Origin: an uncultured Actinomycetes bacterium | GTDB taxonomy: Bacteria; Actinomycetota; Thermoleophilia; RBG-16-64-13 | Reading direction: 5' to 3' | DNA length: 64,000 nucleotides | Assembly (NCBI GenBank): GCA_963841735.1 | Contig: CAWJDT010000001.1 | Span: forward strand, 192,001 to 256,000 | In this document: one piece after another, positions 28,334 to 36,638 of the stretch | Layout: every line of letters starts with the position of its first letter | How positions within the stretch are numbered: the stretch's first letter is position 1 | The notes under the pieces: generated by a model | Told to the model about the DNA's origin: nothing | Database searches by the model: none | Seen by the model: the letters and a program-made list of their open reading frames with translations, nothing else | Position numbers and translations under genes: made by a program

Positions 28334-30981
28334 TGCGTGATGCCTCCTAGTCGAGCTTTGTCTGCAGTTTCCATCGTGTTGTCTCCCATGGCTCCCTCCC
28401 ACTTGTCCACCTGGATCAAGCAAGAGTTGGGCGCCATGCCCGTCGAAGTAGGTGTTACAAACCGCTTGGGTGTGAGTATGTTGATGCATCCCGCGGTGTC
28501 CGGCGAGTAACCGGGTTCGCCCAGTGGCAGATAGTCCGCGCACGACTCATAACAGTGTACAGTGCCTGAGCCCACTCGTTCCGTGACCTGGGCGGCAAGA
28601 ATGACCTCCCCGCGGTCGTTGAAACTCCGGACAAGGTCCCCGTCTTCGATGCCCCTGGCCTCAGCGTCCTTGGTGTTCAGGCGAATGATCCAATAGTGGT
28701 GGCCATCAATCAGAAGCCGGTGGTCCTTTATGTCATCCGACCAGGAGCCTTTGCCGTCACCCATGGTGTGCAAAGAGAAGCGGGGGTGGGGAGTCACCAG
28801 CTGAAGCGGGTAGTCTTCCAGAAGCTCCTTGGTGCGATGTCCTTCCCAACTGGGCATGTACTGCGGGCCCATGACCGGGCGTTCCTCGTCGACGACGCCA
28901 CCGGCGTAGAACCGCTCCAGGCTGGAAGCCACGAACTCTATCTTGCCCGAAGCCGTCTGCAGTCCCTTGAGTGCCACGGTGTCCCACGGTTTGGGCCCCA
29001 GGTCGGGCGTGTCGCGCTTCCGATCCTCCGCAAACCAGCGCAAGGCGGGAGTACGCGGCCTGTCGGCCGGCGCGGGCACCATATAGTAGCCCTTCTTCTC
29101 GAACTCCTCCCAGGAAACGCGGCTGGGCAGGTCACTCGCGTGAAATAGGCGCTTGACCCAGTCGAGGTCGCTGTGGCCCCCCTCGGTGTATATCTCGCCC
29201 ATACCCAAGCGATCGGCCAGAAGCGAGAAGATCTCGTAGTCGGATTTCGACTCGCCGAGAGGTTCGATGCACTTCTTCTGAAGCACTATGAGTCGATGGT
29301 TAGGCTGATCGGTCGCCGAGGCACCCGCTCCGGTGGGGCAGGCCCACTCTCCCAAGTCCCAGCGCTCGAAGTTGGTGCAGGCGGGCAGGATGACATCGGC
29401 GAACTTGGCCTCCCCTTCAAGCCAGATGGACTGGTTGACCACGAACTGGATCTTGCCTTCGCGATAGGCCTGCACGTAGCGGTTGGTCTCGGTCATGGTG
29501 CCGAAGAAGGAGCCGCCGTACTTGTAGTACATGCCGACCGGGGAGTATCCGGGTGCCGGGTACTCGTACTTCTGGAACTGCGACTCGATGGAAGAACCAC
29601 AGAAGCCTTTGCCCCGCCACTCCAGATGCTCGTGCATCATCGCCTCAGGAATCAAGAGGCGAGAGACCGTTTGGCCTTCCGTGGAGTGCTGAGGATTGGC
29701 CGGAGGGCCCCCATCGGGCCACAGACGATTGGCCAGACGAAAACCGGCCGCGGTGGTGGCATCGCCGGAGATACCACCCTCGTTGTAGCCCGGGAACCAG
29801 AACGTGGCGTCGCAAGGGACACCCTGCGTAGTGCCCCAAATGTTGCGGCCGGGCTTACCTAGGCCCTGCATGGCGGCCAAGGCGATCATGGTGCGGGCCC
29901 ATTCGTTGCCGGTGGCAGAACGGCACGCACCGCCGAAACCACCTTTGCCGCCGGCAGCCAGAGAGGTCTTCTTGGCGCCCCACTCCCGGGCCAAGGCTCG
30001 GATCTCTGGAGCGGGGATGCCACTTTCGCCCTCAGCCCAGGCGGGCGTCTTCGGACAGCCGTCGCTGTTTCCGAGCACGTACTCCTTCCACTCGTCGAAC
30101 CCCAGCGTATGGGATTCCACGTATTCCTTGTCGTACGTGCCCTCGGTGAGCCAAGTGTAGGCGATGGCCAAACCCAGAGCCACGTCGGTGCCCAAACGGG
30201 GAGCGAACCATTTGTCGGCAAACAAGCCGGCGGTGTGATTGAAATAGGGGTCGATGAAGATCATCTTCACGCCCAGTTCTTTCAACCAAAAACGGCGGGA
30301 CGTGCTTTCGAAGGCGCTGTAGATGCCTCCGCCCGTGCTCTCCGGGTCGGCGGACCAGAAGATCACCATCTCGGTGTTCTCAAGCGCGTCTTCCAGAAGG
30401 TCATACTGCTCGGGGATGCCCAGCCGGTGACTGAAGCCCCACATGTGCATGCCGCCCCAGTGCCAACCTTCCCAACTGTCGGGGTTGTGCTCCCCATAGG
30501 TGAAGCCCACCAGGTTCATGAAGCGGTAGTAGGCGCTCGTGCGATAGCCTACGATGCCCCACATATGGTGAGAGCCCGGGGAGGTGAGAATCGCCGCCGG
30601 CCCCAGTTCCCGCTTGAGCCGCACTATCTCATCGGCAACGATGCCGAGAGCCTCGTCCCAGCTGATGGGCTCATAACCGGAGACTCCGCGGTTTTGCGTG
30701 TTCCGCTCACCCTTGGGGTCAAAATCCACCCGCTTGAGTGGGGTGAGGATGCGGTCGGGCGAGTAGATGGTCGACTTCTGAGCGACCGTGTACGGTGACA
30801 ACGTCGTGCGGCGAGGGGGCGTGAAATCACGCCCCCTCGCATGTATGGTCCACGAAGCCCCATCACTGTCGTCCAGTTCCAGAGGGACGATGCGGAGGAT
30901 CTTGCCGGCCCGCACGTCCACGTGCACCGGCCCTCCGGTGGTGAGGTTGGTGAGCCGAACGACTCCCTCAGCTTTATCCAT
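28330..30981 (-). CDS. athL: Pyrogallol-phloroglucinol transhydroxylase alpha subunit (copy 3, closest to the characterised enzyme)
   Basis: VVRLTNLTTGGPV, SHHMWG.VGYR, HNPDSWEGWHWGGMHMWGFS.RLG.PEQYDLLED, FPGYNEGGISGD match the Pelobacter acidigallici AthL sequence as recalled. Confidence 0.85.
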   Translation of the reverse strand: MDKAEGVVRLTNLTTGGPVHVDVRAGKILRIVPLELDDSDGASWTIHARGRDFTPPRRTTLSPYTVAQKSTIYSPDRILTPLKRVDFDPKGERNTQNRGVSGYEPISWDEALGIVADEIVRLKRELGPAAILTSPGSHHMWGIVGYRTSAYYRFMNLVGFTYGEHNPDSWEGWHWGGMHMWGFSHRLGIPEQYDLLEDALENTEMVIFWSADPESTGGGIYSAFESTSRRFWLKELGVKMIFIDPYFNHTAGLFADKWFAPRLGTDVALGLAIAYTWLTEGTYDKEYVESHTLGFDEWKEYVLGNSDGCPKTPAWAEGESGIPAPEIRALAREWGAKKTSLAAGGKGGFGGACRSATGNEWARTMIALAAMQGLGKPGRNIWGTTQGVPCDATFWFPGYNEGGISGDATTAAGFRLANRLWPDGGPPANPQHSTEGQTVSRLLIPEAMMHEHLEWRGKGFCGSSIESQFQKYEYPAPGYSPVGMYYKYGGSFFGTMTETNRYVQAYREGKIQFVVNQSIWLEGEAKFADVILPACTNFERWDLGEWACPTGAGASATDQPNHRLIVLQKKCIEPLGESKSDYEIFSLLADRLGMGEIYTEGGHSDLDWVKRLFHASDLPSRVSWEEFEKKGYYMVPAPADRPRTPALRWFAEDRKRDTPDLGPKPWDTVALKGLQTASGKIEFVASSLERFYAGGVVDEERPVMGPQYMPSWEGHRTKELLEDYPLQLVTPHPRFSLHTMGDGKGSWSDDIKDHRLLIDGHHYWIIRLNTKDAEARGIEDGDLVRSFNDRGEVILAAQVTERVGSGTVHCYESCADYLPLGEPGYSPDTAGCINILTPKRFVTPTSTGMAPNSCLIQVDKWEGAMGDNTMETADKARLGGITQ

Positions 30982-30995
30982 TGTGCCGAGACCGC

Positions 30996-31337
30996 CTAGG
31001 TGTTGACGATCACCAGCATGACGGCCGGCTTGGTGCCGTTGTTGATGACCTCTCTGCCTTCATGCGGGCCGATGAAGATCGAGTCGAGCGGGCCTAGGAC
31101 GAATTCCTCATCCGTTCCCTTGACCGTGATCTCACCTTCGACGACCAGGTACACCTTCTCTTCTACCGAATCCTCGCCGCCCCATTCGATCCCGCCCCCG
31201 GGCAGATAGTGCGACACTCCGATCCAGAACTTCTCCAACCCAGATTCGGCCTTACCCTGCAGCTTGACGGAATTCACACCGAAGTGCTTCGGCGGAATGC
31301 CGTATTTCGTCATGTCAGCCCGCGCGATTTTCTTCAC
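30996..31337 (-). CDS. Cupin, candidate dihydrophloroglucinol cyclohydrolase
   Basis: FWIGVSHYLPGGG...EKVYLVVEGEITV...LGPLDSIFI; context between SDR and transhydroxylase. Confidence 0.75.
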   Translation of the reverse strand: MKKIARADMTKYGIPPKHFGVNSVKLQGKAESGLEKFWIGVSHYLPGGGIEWGGEDSVEEKVYLVVEGEITVKGTDEEFVLGPLDSIFIGPHEGREVINNGTKPAVMLVIVNT

Positions 31338-31381
31338 TGGTCTATGACCTCCTGTCCGATGCCTCGACGCCTAGATGCCGG

Positions 31382-32137
31382 CTATGCCGCGTACAGTCCG
31401 CCGTCGACGTAGATGATCTGACCGGTGATGAAGTCAGACGCGTCCGAGGCCAACAGGATGATGGCGCCCAGCAGGTCCTCGGGCACGCCCAGACGAGCCT
31501 GGGGGATCTCCGCGGTCATCTTGGAGTAGATCTCAGGCTTAGAGAGGAATTCCTTGGTCATGTCGGTCATGATCAGGGCCGGGGCGACGGCGTTGACGTT
31601 GACGCCGTGCTTGGCCCACTCCACCGCCAACGTACGGGTCAGCTGGTGTACGCCGCCCTTGCTGGTGGCGTAAGCGGAGCCGCCCATGGAGGGGGCTACC
31701 CAGCCACGTACCGAACCCATGTTGACGATCTTGCCCTTCTTCTGCTCGATCATGAGCTTGCCCACGGCCTGGCAGGGCAGGAAGGTGCCCAGAGTGTTGA
31801 AACGGACTACCTTCTCGTACTCGTCGGCCGGCATCTCTTCGGCCGAGAAACGGCAGTTAATGCCCGCGACGTTCACGAGGATATCGATGTGGCCGAACTC
31901 CTTCTTGACCTCGTCGACCATCGCCTGCATCGACTCGGCGCTGGTTACGTCATACGAAACGGCCAGAGCCTTGCGACCCAGGGCCTTGATCTCTTCGGCC
32001 ACCTTCTGCGGGTCGGCCTTCGCGAGGTCATCGATGACCACGTCAGCGCCGGCCTTAGCGAGTCCGAGCGCGATGGGACGGCCCAGTCCACCTGCGCCTC
32101 CCGTAACGATCGCGACCTTACCTTTTAGATCGAACAT
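31382..32137 (-). CDS. Short-chain dehydrogenase/reductase, candidate phloroglucinol reductase
   Basis: TGGAGGLG, NVAG, GSVRG, YATSK, ITGQIIYVDGG; context. Confidence 0.8.
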   Translation of the reverse strand: MFDLKGKVAIVTGGAGGLGRPIALGLAKAGADVVIDDLAKADPQKVAEEIKALGRKALAVSYDVTSAESMQAMVDEVKKEFGHIDILVNVAGINCRFSAEEMPADEYEKVVRFNTLGTFLPCQAVGKLMIEQKKGKIVNMGSVRGWVAPSMGGSAYATSKGGVHQLTRTLAVEWAKHGVNVNAVAPALIMTDMTKEFLSKPEIYSKMTAEIPQARLGVPEDLLGAIILLASDASDFITGQIIYVDGGLYAA

Positions 32138-32188
32138 CAGACCTCCTCCTCTTTACCCAAGCTCAGTAAGTGTTGTTGTGTGCGACGG

Positions 32189-33139
32189 TCAGTTGTTGGC
32201 CATGTAGAGCTGGAGCTGCTTGATCAGGACGAGGTTCTTCTCCTCCAGCACCTCTTCGCGCGTCCTGCCGCTGTAGTCGTACCAGCCCTTGCCCGACTTG
32301 ATGCCCAGCTCGCCCTTCTCGACCTTCTCGGTGACCAGCTTGGAGGCCGTGGTCGCGTTACTCAGCCCGGGGAACACCCGGCCGGAGACGGTGGCGCAGA
32401 TATCGAGGCCGATCATGTCGTCCACTTCCATGGGGCCTAGGCAGGCAAACCGGAAACCGGTGCTGCCCTTTATGGCTGTGTTCAGGTCCTCGGGAGTGCA
32501 GATGCCCTCGTCGAGGATGAAGGCACACTCACGCGTGATGGCACCCATGACCCGGTTGACGATGAAGCCCGGCATCTCCTTGAGCACGAGGGCGGTCTTC
32601 TTGCCCGACTCCTTCATCATGCGCTGGGTGAGATCGTAGGCGGCGTCGGAGGTCTTGGTGCCGCGATGAACCTCGACCAGCGGGATGATGTGGGCGGGGT
32701 TGAAGTAGTGAATACCGATTATGGACGCGGGGTTCGGCATGCCCTCGGCCAAGGAATCCACCTTCATGCTGCCGGTGTTGCTGCCGATGACCACGTCCGG
32801 GTTCACCGCTTGCAGGGCGCCTATGAGGGCCCGCTTGTCGTCGAGGTTCTCACGGATGGTCTCGACTACGTAGGTGACTCCTTCGAGGGCCTGAGCCATG
32901 TCGGTGGTGACCATGCCCTCGACCCGACCCACAACGACGTCGGCGGGCTCTTTGATGAGGTCGAACTCGATGAACTGCTTGACGTTCTGCTTGATCTGGC
33001 TCATAGCCCGGGTCAGGGGCTCTTCGCGGCGGGCCACCAAACGCACCTGGAACCCGTTCTGTGCGAAGGTCTGTGCGATGCCCTCACCCATAGTCCCGGT
33101 GCCAACAACAAGTATCTTCTCTGCGTTCTTAGCGCTCAT
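32189..33139 (-). CDS. 3-hydroxyacyl-CoA dehydrogenase family, candidate 3-hydroxy-5-oxohexanoate dehydrogenase
   Basis: GTGTMGEGIA, SNTGS, HYFNPAH..PLVEV, PGFIVNR, KSGKGWYDY. Confidence 0.85.
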   Translation of the reverse strand: MSAKNAEKILVVGTGTMGEGIAQTFAQNGFQVRLVARREEPLTRAMSQIKQNVKQFIEFDLIKEPADVVVGRVEGMVTTDMAQALEGVTYVVETIRENLDDKRALIGALQAVNPDVVIGSNTGSMKVDSLAEGMPNPASIIGIHYFNPAHIIPLVEVHRGTKTSDAAYDLTQRMMKESGKKTALVLKEMPGFIVNRVMGAITRECAFILDEGICTPEDLNTAIKGSTGFRFACLGPMEVDDMIGLDICATVSGRVFPGLSNATTASKLVTEKVEKGELGIKSGKGWYDYSGRTREEVLEEKNLVLIKQLQLYMANN

Positions 33140-33175
33140 ATGTCAGTCTCCCGCACTGTGGCTTTTCTTCTCGAC

Positions 33176-33248
33176 CCCATTAATTCACAAGTGGGGATTA
33201 GTGTCAAGGAATTGTTCATATTATGGTGACGCAGTTCACGTGCTGAAC
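33176..33248 (-). promoter_or_regulatory. Promoter/operator cassette copy 1 (sigma70-like -35 plus tandem GTTCA boxes)
   Basis: Minus strand TTGACA-N17-ATTAAT; boxes GTTCATATTATGGTG (33214) and GTTCACGTGCTGAAC (33234). Confidence 0.75.
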
Positions 33249-33376
33249 AGACGACCTACAAACCCGCCCCGTCTCGCGGAGAGAGCCTGTGGGCACCAGA
33301 GCATTCCGGTCGGAAATGGGGAACGCCTTGGCGGACCCCATGCCCGCCAAGGCGTTCCGAAAACAAGCGTTAGAGC

Positions 33377-34232
33377 TTACTTCTGGTGCTGGGGACGATC
33401 CCCTACGAAGTCGGCGGCTATCTTGTCGAAATTGTGCCGAGTGGCCTCCAGGGCAACGGCGTACATCTCGGCCAGAACGTGAACGCGCTCATCGTCCTGC
33501 AACGCACGCTTCCACGGACGCATGACGAGCTCATGGGTCAGGCGGCGAACAGGCCGGCCTGTCTTCATGATGTGCTTGGCGATCTCATAGGCACGCGGGA
33601 TGAGCTGATCGTGCTCGACGATCTCGTTAATAAGACCCCACTCCAGGGCGGTCTTGGCGTCGATCTTCGGCTCCATGTACGCCATGTAGGCGGCCCGCTT
33701 CTGCCCGACGCAGACGCGGTAGGAGAAGTTCATGCCGTCGCCGGGAACGATGTTGTGCGAGAAATGGGCGTCGGAGAAGTAGAAGTCCGGGACGCACAGT
33801 GCGATGTCCGCCATGAGCGCGAACTCGTAGTGCTGCCCGATGCCATTGATGGCCCCGATGACTGGGACTTCGATGTCGTTGATGAAATTCTCGACGAAGT
33901 TCATCGTATCCGGGACATTGCAGTTGTACTTGAGAGCAGTGTCGTTGGAATCTTCGACTTCATCGAAGGAGGCGGGATCGCTCTTCTGCGTGATCCAGTA
34001 GGGGTCGGCGCAGGTCAGGATGATGACCTCGTTCTGCTTGTCATGCCCAATGGCGGTCCAGAGTTCGCCGTAGGTCATCTGAGTCTGGTAGCTCCAGACA
34101 CAAGCCTCGCCCTTCCAGTGAAGGCGGCAGAAACAGAATACCGTCCTCGGTACGCTCCATGTGAGCGAAATCCTTGAACCGCTCGCTGTATTCCTCCAGC
34201 GTTTCCACGTGAACATATGGCTGTAGTGCCAT
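33377..34232 (-). CDS. Crotonase-fold beta-diketone hydrolase (6-oxocamphor hydrolase-like), frameshift near 34132
   Basis: MALQPYVHVETLEEYSERF joins CRLHWKG on removing one T; QHYE, DAHF, IVPGDG; paralog of 35432..36280. Confidence 0.8.
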
Positions 34233-34317
34233 GGATACTTCCTCCTTGTTCCAATCAACTCATGACCGTGTTCTGGAGCTGGTGCCCAGTTCTCCCACGT
34301 TTGGACACTCTTCTTGC

Positions 34318-34390
34318 CCCATTAATCCACACGTGCGGACTAGTGTCAAGAAACTGTTCATGTTATGATGGTAAAGTTCATGTGATGAAC
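34318..34390 (-). promoter_or_regulatory. Promoter/operator cassette copy 2 (between crotonase and iclR)
   Basis: CCCATTAAT...TAGTGTCAA; GTTCATGTTATGATG (34356), GTTCATGTGATGAAC (34376). Confidence 0.75.
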
Positions 34391-34434
34391 AGTATGCGAC
34401 CCTGGGCAGCCGGCCAGCGCGCGGAAGGAGTGTT

Positions 34435-35268
34435 GTGCCTCCCAAGCCAGAGAGAGCAGATCGAGCGGCCATCTATCAGGTGAGAGTACTTGATAGAGCC
34501 ATAGATATCCTCGACGCCTTCACGCTGCGCCGAACAGACCTGAACATCCGCGAGATCGTCGAGGCTACCGGACTCAACCGATCGACCGCCATACGGCTCG
34601 TATCGAATCTTGAGCGCCGCGGACTCCTGCAGCAAACACCCACCACCAGCCGATACCGGCTCGGCCGTAGGCTCTTTGAGATGGGAAGCATCGTCTACTC
34701 GTCGCTGTCGCTTGTCGAGGCGGCAGCCGGGCCTCTCTCGGGCCTCGAAAGGCAATCGGGCGCCACCATCTTTCTGGCGGTCCGCAACGGCGACTACTCT
34801 GTCACGGTCGACCGCCGGCAAGGCGTTGGTGACGGATTCGCCATGGTGCCGACACCAAGCGAAGTGGGGACCGTTCGCCCCTTGCCCTACGGGCCGGTTG
34901 GCCAGGTCTTCATGGCGACGCTCACCCCAGAAGCCCTTGATGCACTGCTGAACAAGTATCCCCTCGAGCAGTACACCCCCTACTCCATCATGGACCGCGA
35001 CCGGTTTGTCGAACGACTTCCGCTCATTAGAAGTGAGGGATACGCAATCGAAGTCAACGAGGTGGTGGAGGGCCTGATGGGAATAGCTGCTCCTATATTC
35101 GACTTCGCCGGCAACACGGCCGGCGTTCTGTCCTTGGGCTTGCCCGCGACGCGGGAGAACGACAAGGCCTTCCTGGATGCGGCCATCCGCAACCTCAAGC
35201 AAGCAGCCGCCGAAATATCGGCCAACATGGGCTATCCCGGCAGTACCGACGCGGTCGAGGGATCCTAG
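34435..35268 (+). CDS. IclR-family transcriptional regulator
   Basis: VLDRAIDILDAF...GLNRSTAIRL HTH; YRLG; IRSEGYAI; GIAAPIFD. Confidence 0.93.
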   Translation: MPPKPERADRAAIYQVRVLDRAIDILDAFTLRRTDLNIREIVEATGLNRSTAIRLVSNLERRGLLQQTPTTSRYRLGRRLFEMGSIVYSSLSLVEAAAGPLSGLERQSGATIFLAVRNGDYSVTVDRRQGVGDGFAMVPTPSEVGTVRPLPYGPVGQVFMATLTPEALDALLNKYPLEQYTPYSIMDRDRFVERLPLIRSEGYAIEVNEVVEGLMGIAAPIFDFAGNTAGVLSLGLPATRENDKAFLDAAIRNLKQAAAEISANMGYPGSTDAVEGS

Positions 35269-35316
35269 GCCCGGCAAAGACTGCCTGGCAGGGCGCGCTC
35301 TCGGGGATCAAAGAAG

Positions 35317-35350
35317 ACAGCCCCCCCGCCCGAGCGGCGGTAGGGGCTGT
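35317..35350. terminator. Hairpin between convergent iclR and crotonase genes
   Basis: ACAGCCCC..CCGCC ... GGCGG..GGGGCTGT. Confidence 0.5.
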
Positions 35351-35431
35351 TCTGTAAGTGACAGGCGTGGAATCAGACGGTCCTCTGATATCCCTCTTCA
35401 CGCGGCGATCAAGCAAGCACTGGCGACTTAT

Positions 35432-36280
35432 CTACGCCTTCATCATCTTGTCGTCGGAATACTCGATGGTGTCGAAGTCGTGGTGCGACTTCTCCAGGTT
35501 GAACGAGTACATCTCGGCGTAGACATGCTGGCGGATGTTCTGCTCCACCAGTTCCCGCCAGGGGCGCGCGCACACGTGGTGGCTGAGGCGCCGGGTGGAA
35601 CGGTTGGTCTTCATGAGATGCCGGGCGATCTCCCAGGCGCGCTCTTCGATCTTGTCGCGCTCGACGACCTCGTTCACCGCACCCAGCTTGAGGCAGGTAT
35701 CGGCGTCGAGGCCCTTGTTCATCAGGCTCATGTAATTGCCGCGCTTGATGCCCAGCACGTACTGCAGAGCCAGGGTCATGCCGTCCCCGGGCACATGCCC
35801 GCCCGCATGGACGAAGTGGTCGTCCTGCAGGATGAAGTCCGGGGTGCAGAGGGTGATGTCGCTCATCATGGCCATCTCCCAATGGATGCCCTGACCGGTG
35901 ATGGCACAGATAGTGGGGATCTCGATATCGTTGACGAAGTTCTCGACCACCTTGAGGGTGTCGTAGATCTGGACGTTGAAGCGCGGGATGTTGTCCGGGT
36001 TGTCCTCGATGTCCTTGAAGGAGGAGGCGTCCACATCGTTGATCCACTGGTCACCGGTTGCGGTGAAGATGAGGACCTCGTTATTGGTGTCGTGCCCTAT
36101 CGCGGTCCACAGTTCGGAGATGGCGTGGTGCATCTGGTAGCTCCAGCGCACCGGCCCGTCGAGGGTATGCATCTTGACCTCAAGGATGCCGTCTTCCGAG
36201 CGCTTGAACTTGAAGAACCTCTTGAAGCGCTCCGAGTACTCCTCCAGCGTGGCCATATGAACGTAGTCTTGTTCTGCCAT
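35432..36280 (-). CDS. Crotonase-fold beta-diketone hydrolase (6-oxocamphor hydrolase-like)
   Basis: DGILEVKMHT, QMHH, IHWE, QDDHF, VPGDG, GAVNEVV, RAWEIAR resemble CamK/ABDH as recalled. Confidence 0.82.
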   Translation of the reverse strand: MAEQDYVHMATLEEYSERFKRFFKFKRSEDGILEVKMHTLDGPVRWSYQMHHAISELWTAIGHDTNNEVLIFTATGDQWINDVDASSFKDIEDNPDNIPRFNVQIYDTLKVVENFVNDIEIPTICAITGQGIHWEMAMMSDITLCTPDFILQDDHFVHAGGHVPGDGMTLALQYVLGIKRGNYMSLMNKGLDADTCLKLGAVNEVVERDKIEERAWEIARHLMKTNRSTRRLSHHVCARPWRELVEQNIRQHVYAEMYSFNLEKSHHDFDTIEYSDDKMMKA

Positions 36281-36333
36281 TCCTACCAACTCCTATCGAT
36301 TGAGTTTCGGCTATTCGCGGCGTGCGCCACAAG

Positions 36334-36432
36334 TCACAGATTGAACCTTTGGCGGGCGGAGGCCTGCGCGGTGGCTTCACCCATGGTCCCCGGGCCCACG
36401 ATCAGCACCATCTGCTTGTTGCCCGGACTCAG
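36334..36432 (-). pseudogene. Relic of the 5' end of a 3-hydroxyacyl dehydrogenase gene
   Basis: Translates LSPGNKQMVLIVGPGTMGEATAQASARQRFNL*LVA versus MSAKNAEKILVVGTGTMGEGIAQTFAQNGFQVRLVA of 32189..33139; GGAGG still upstream. Confidence 0.8.
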
Positions 36433-36466
36433 GCCCCTACCTCCGACGCAGAGCGTCGTACTTGTG

Positions 36467-36538
36467 CCCATTAATTCACATCAAAGCACTAGTGTCAACA
36501 AGAGTTCATAGTATGATGCCGGTGGTCATGTGCTGAAC
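36467..36538 (-). promoter_or_regulatory. Promoter/operator cassette copy 3
   Basis: CCCATTAATTCACA...CTAGTGTCAA; GTTCATAGTATGATG (36504), GGTCATGTGCTGAAC (36524). Confidence 0.75.
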
Positions 36539-36638
36539 AACGCACGGTCCCGGCTCTCCGGTAGCCTATGATCTGACGCCAAGACGCCGCCCTGTGATAT
36601 ATTGCGATATAACGTATTAGACCGACGGAGGTCAAGCA

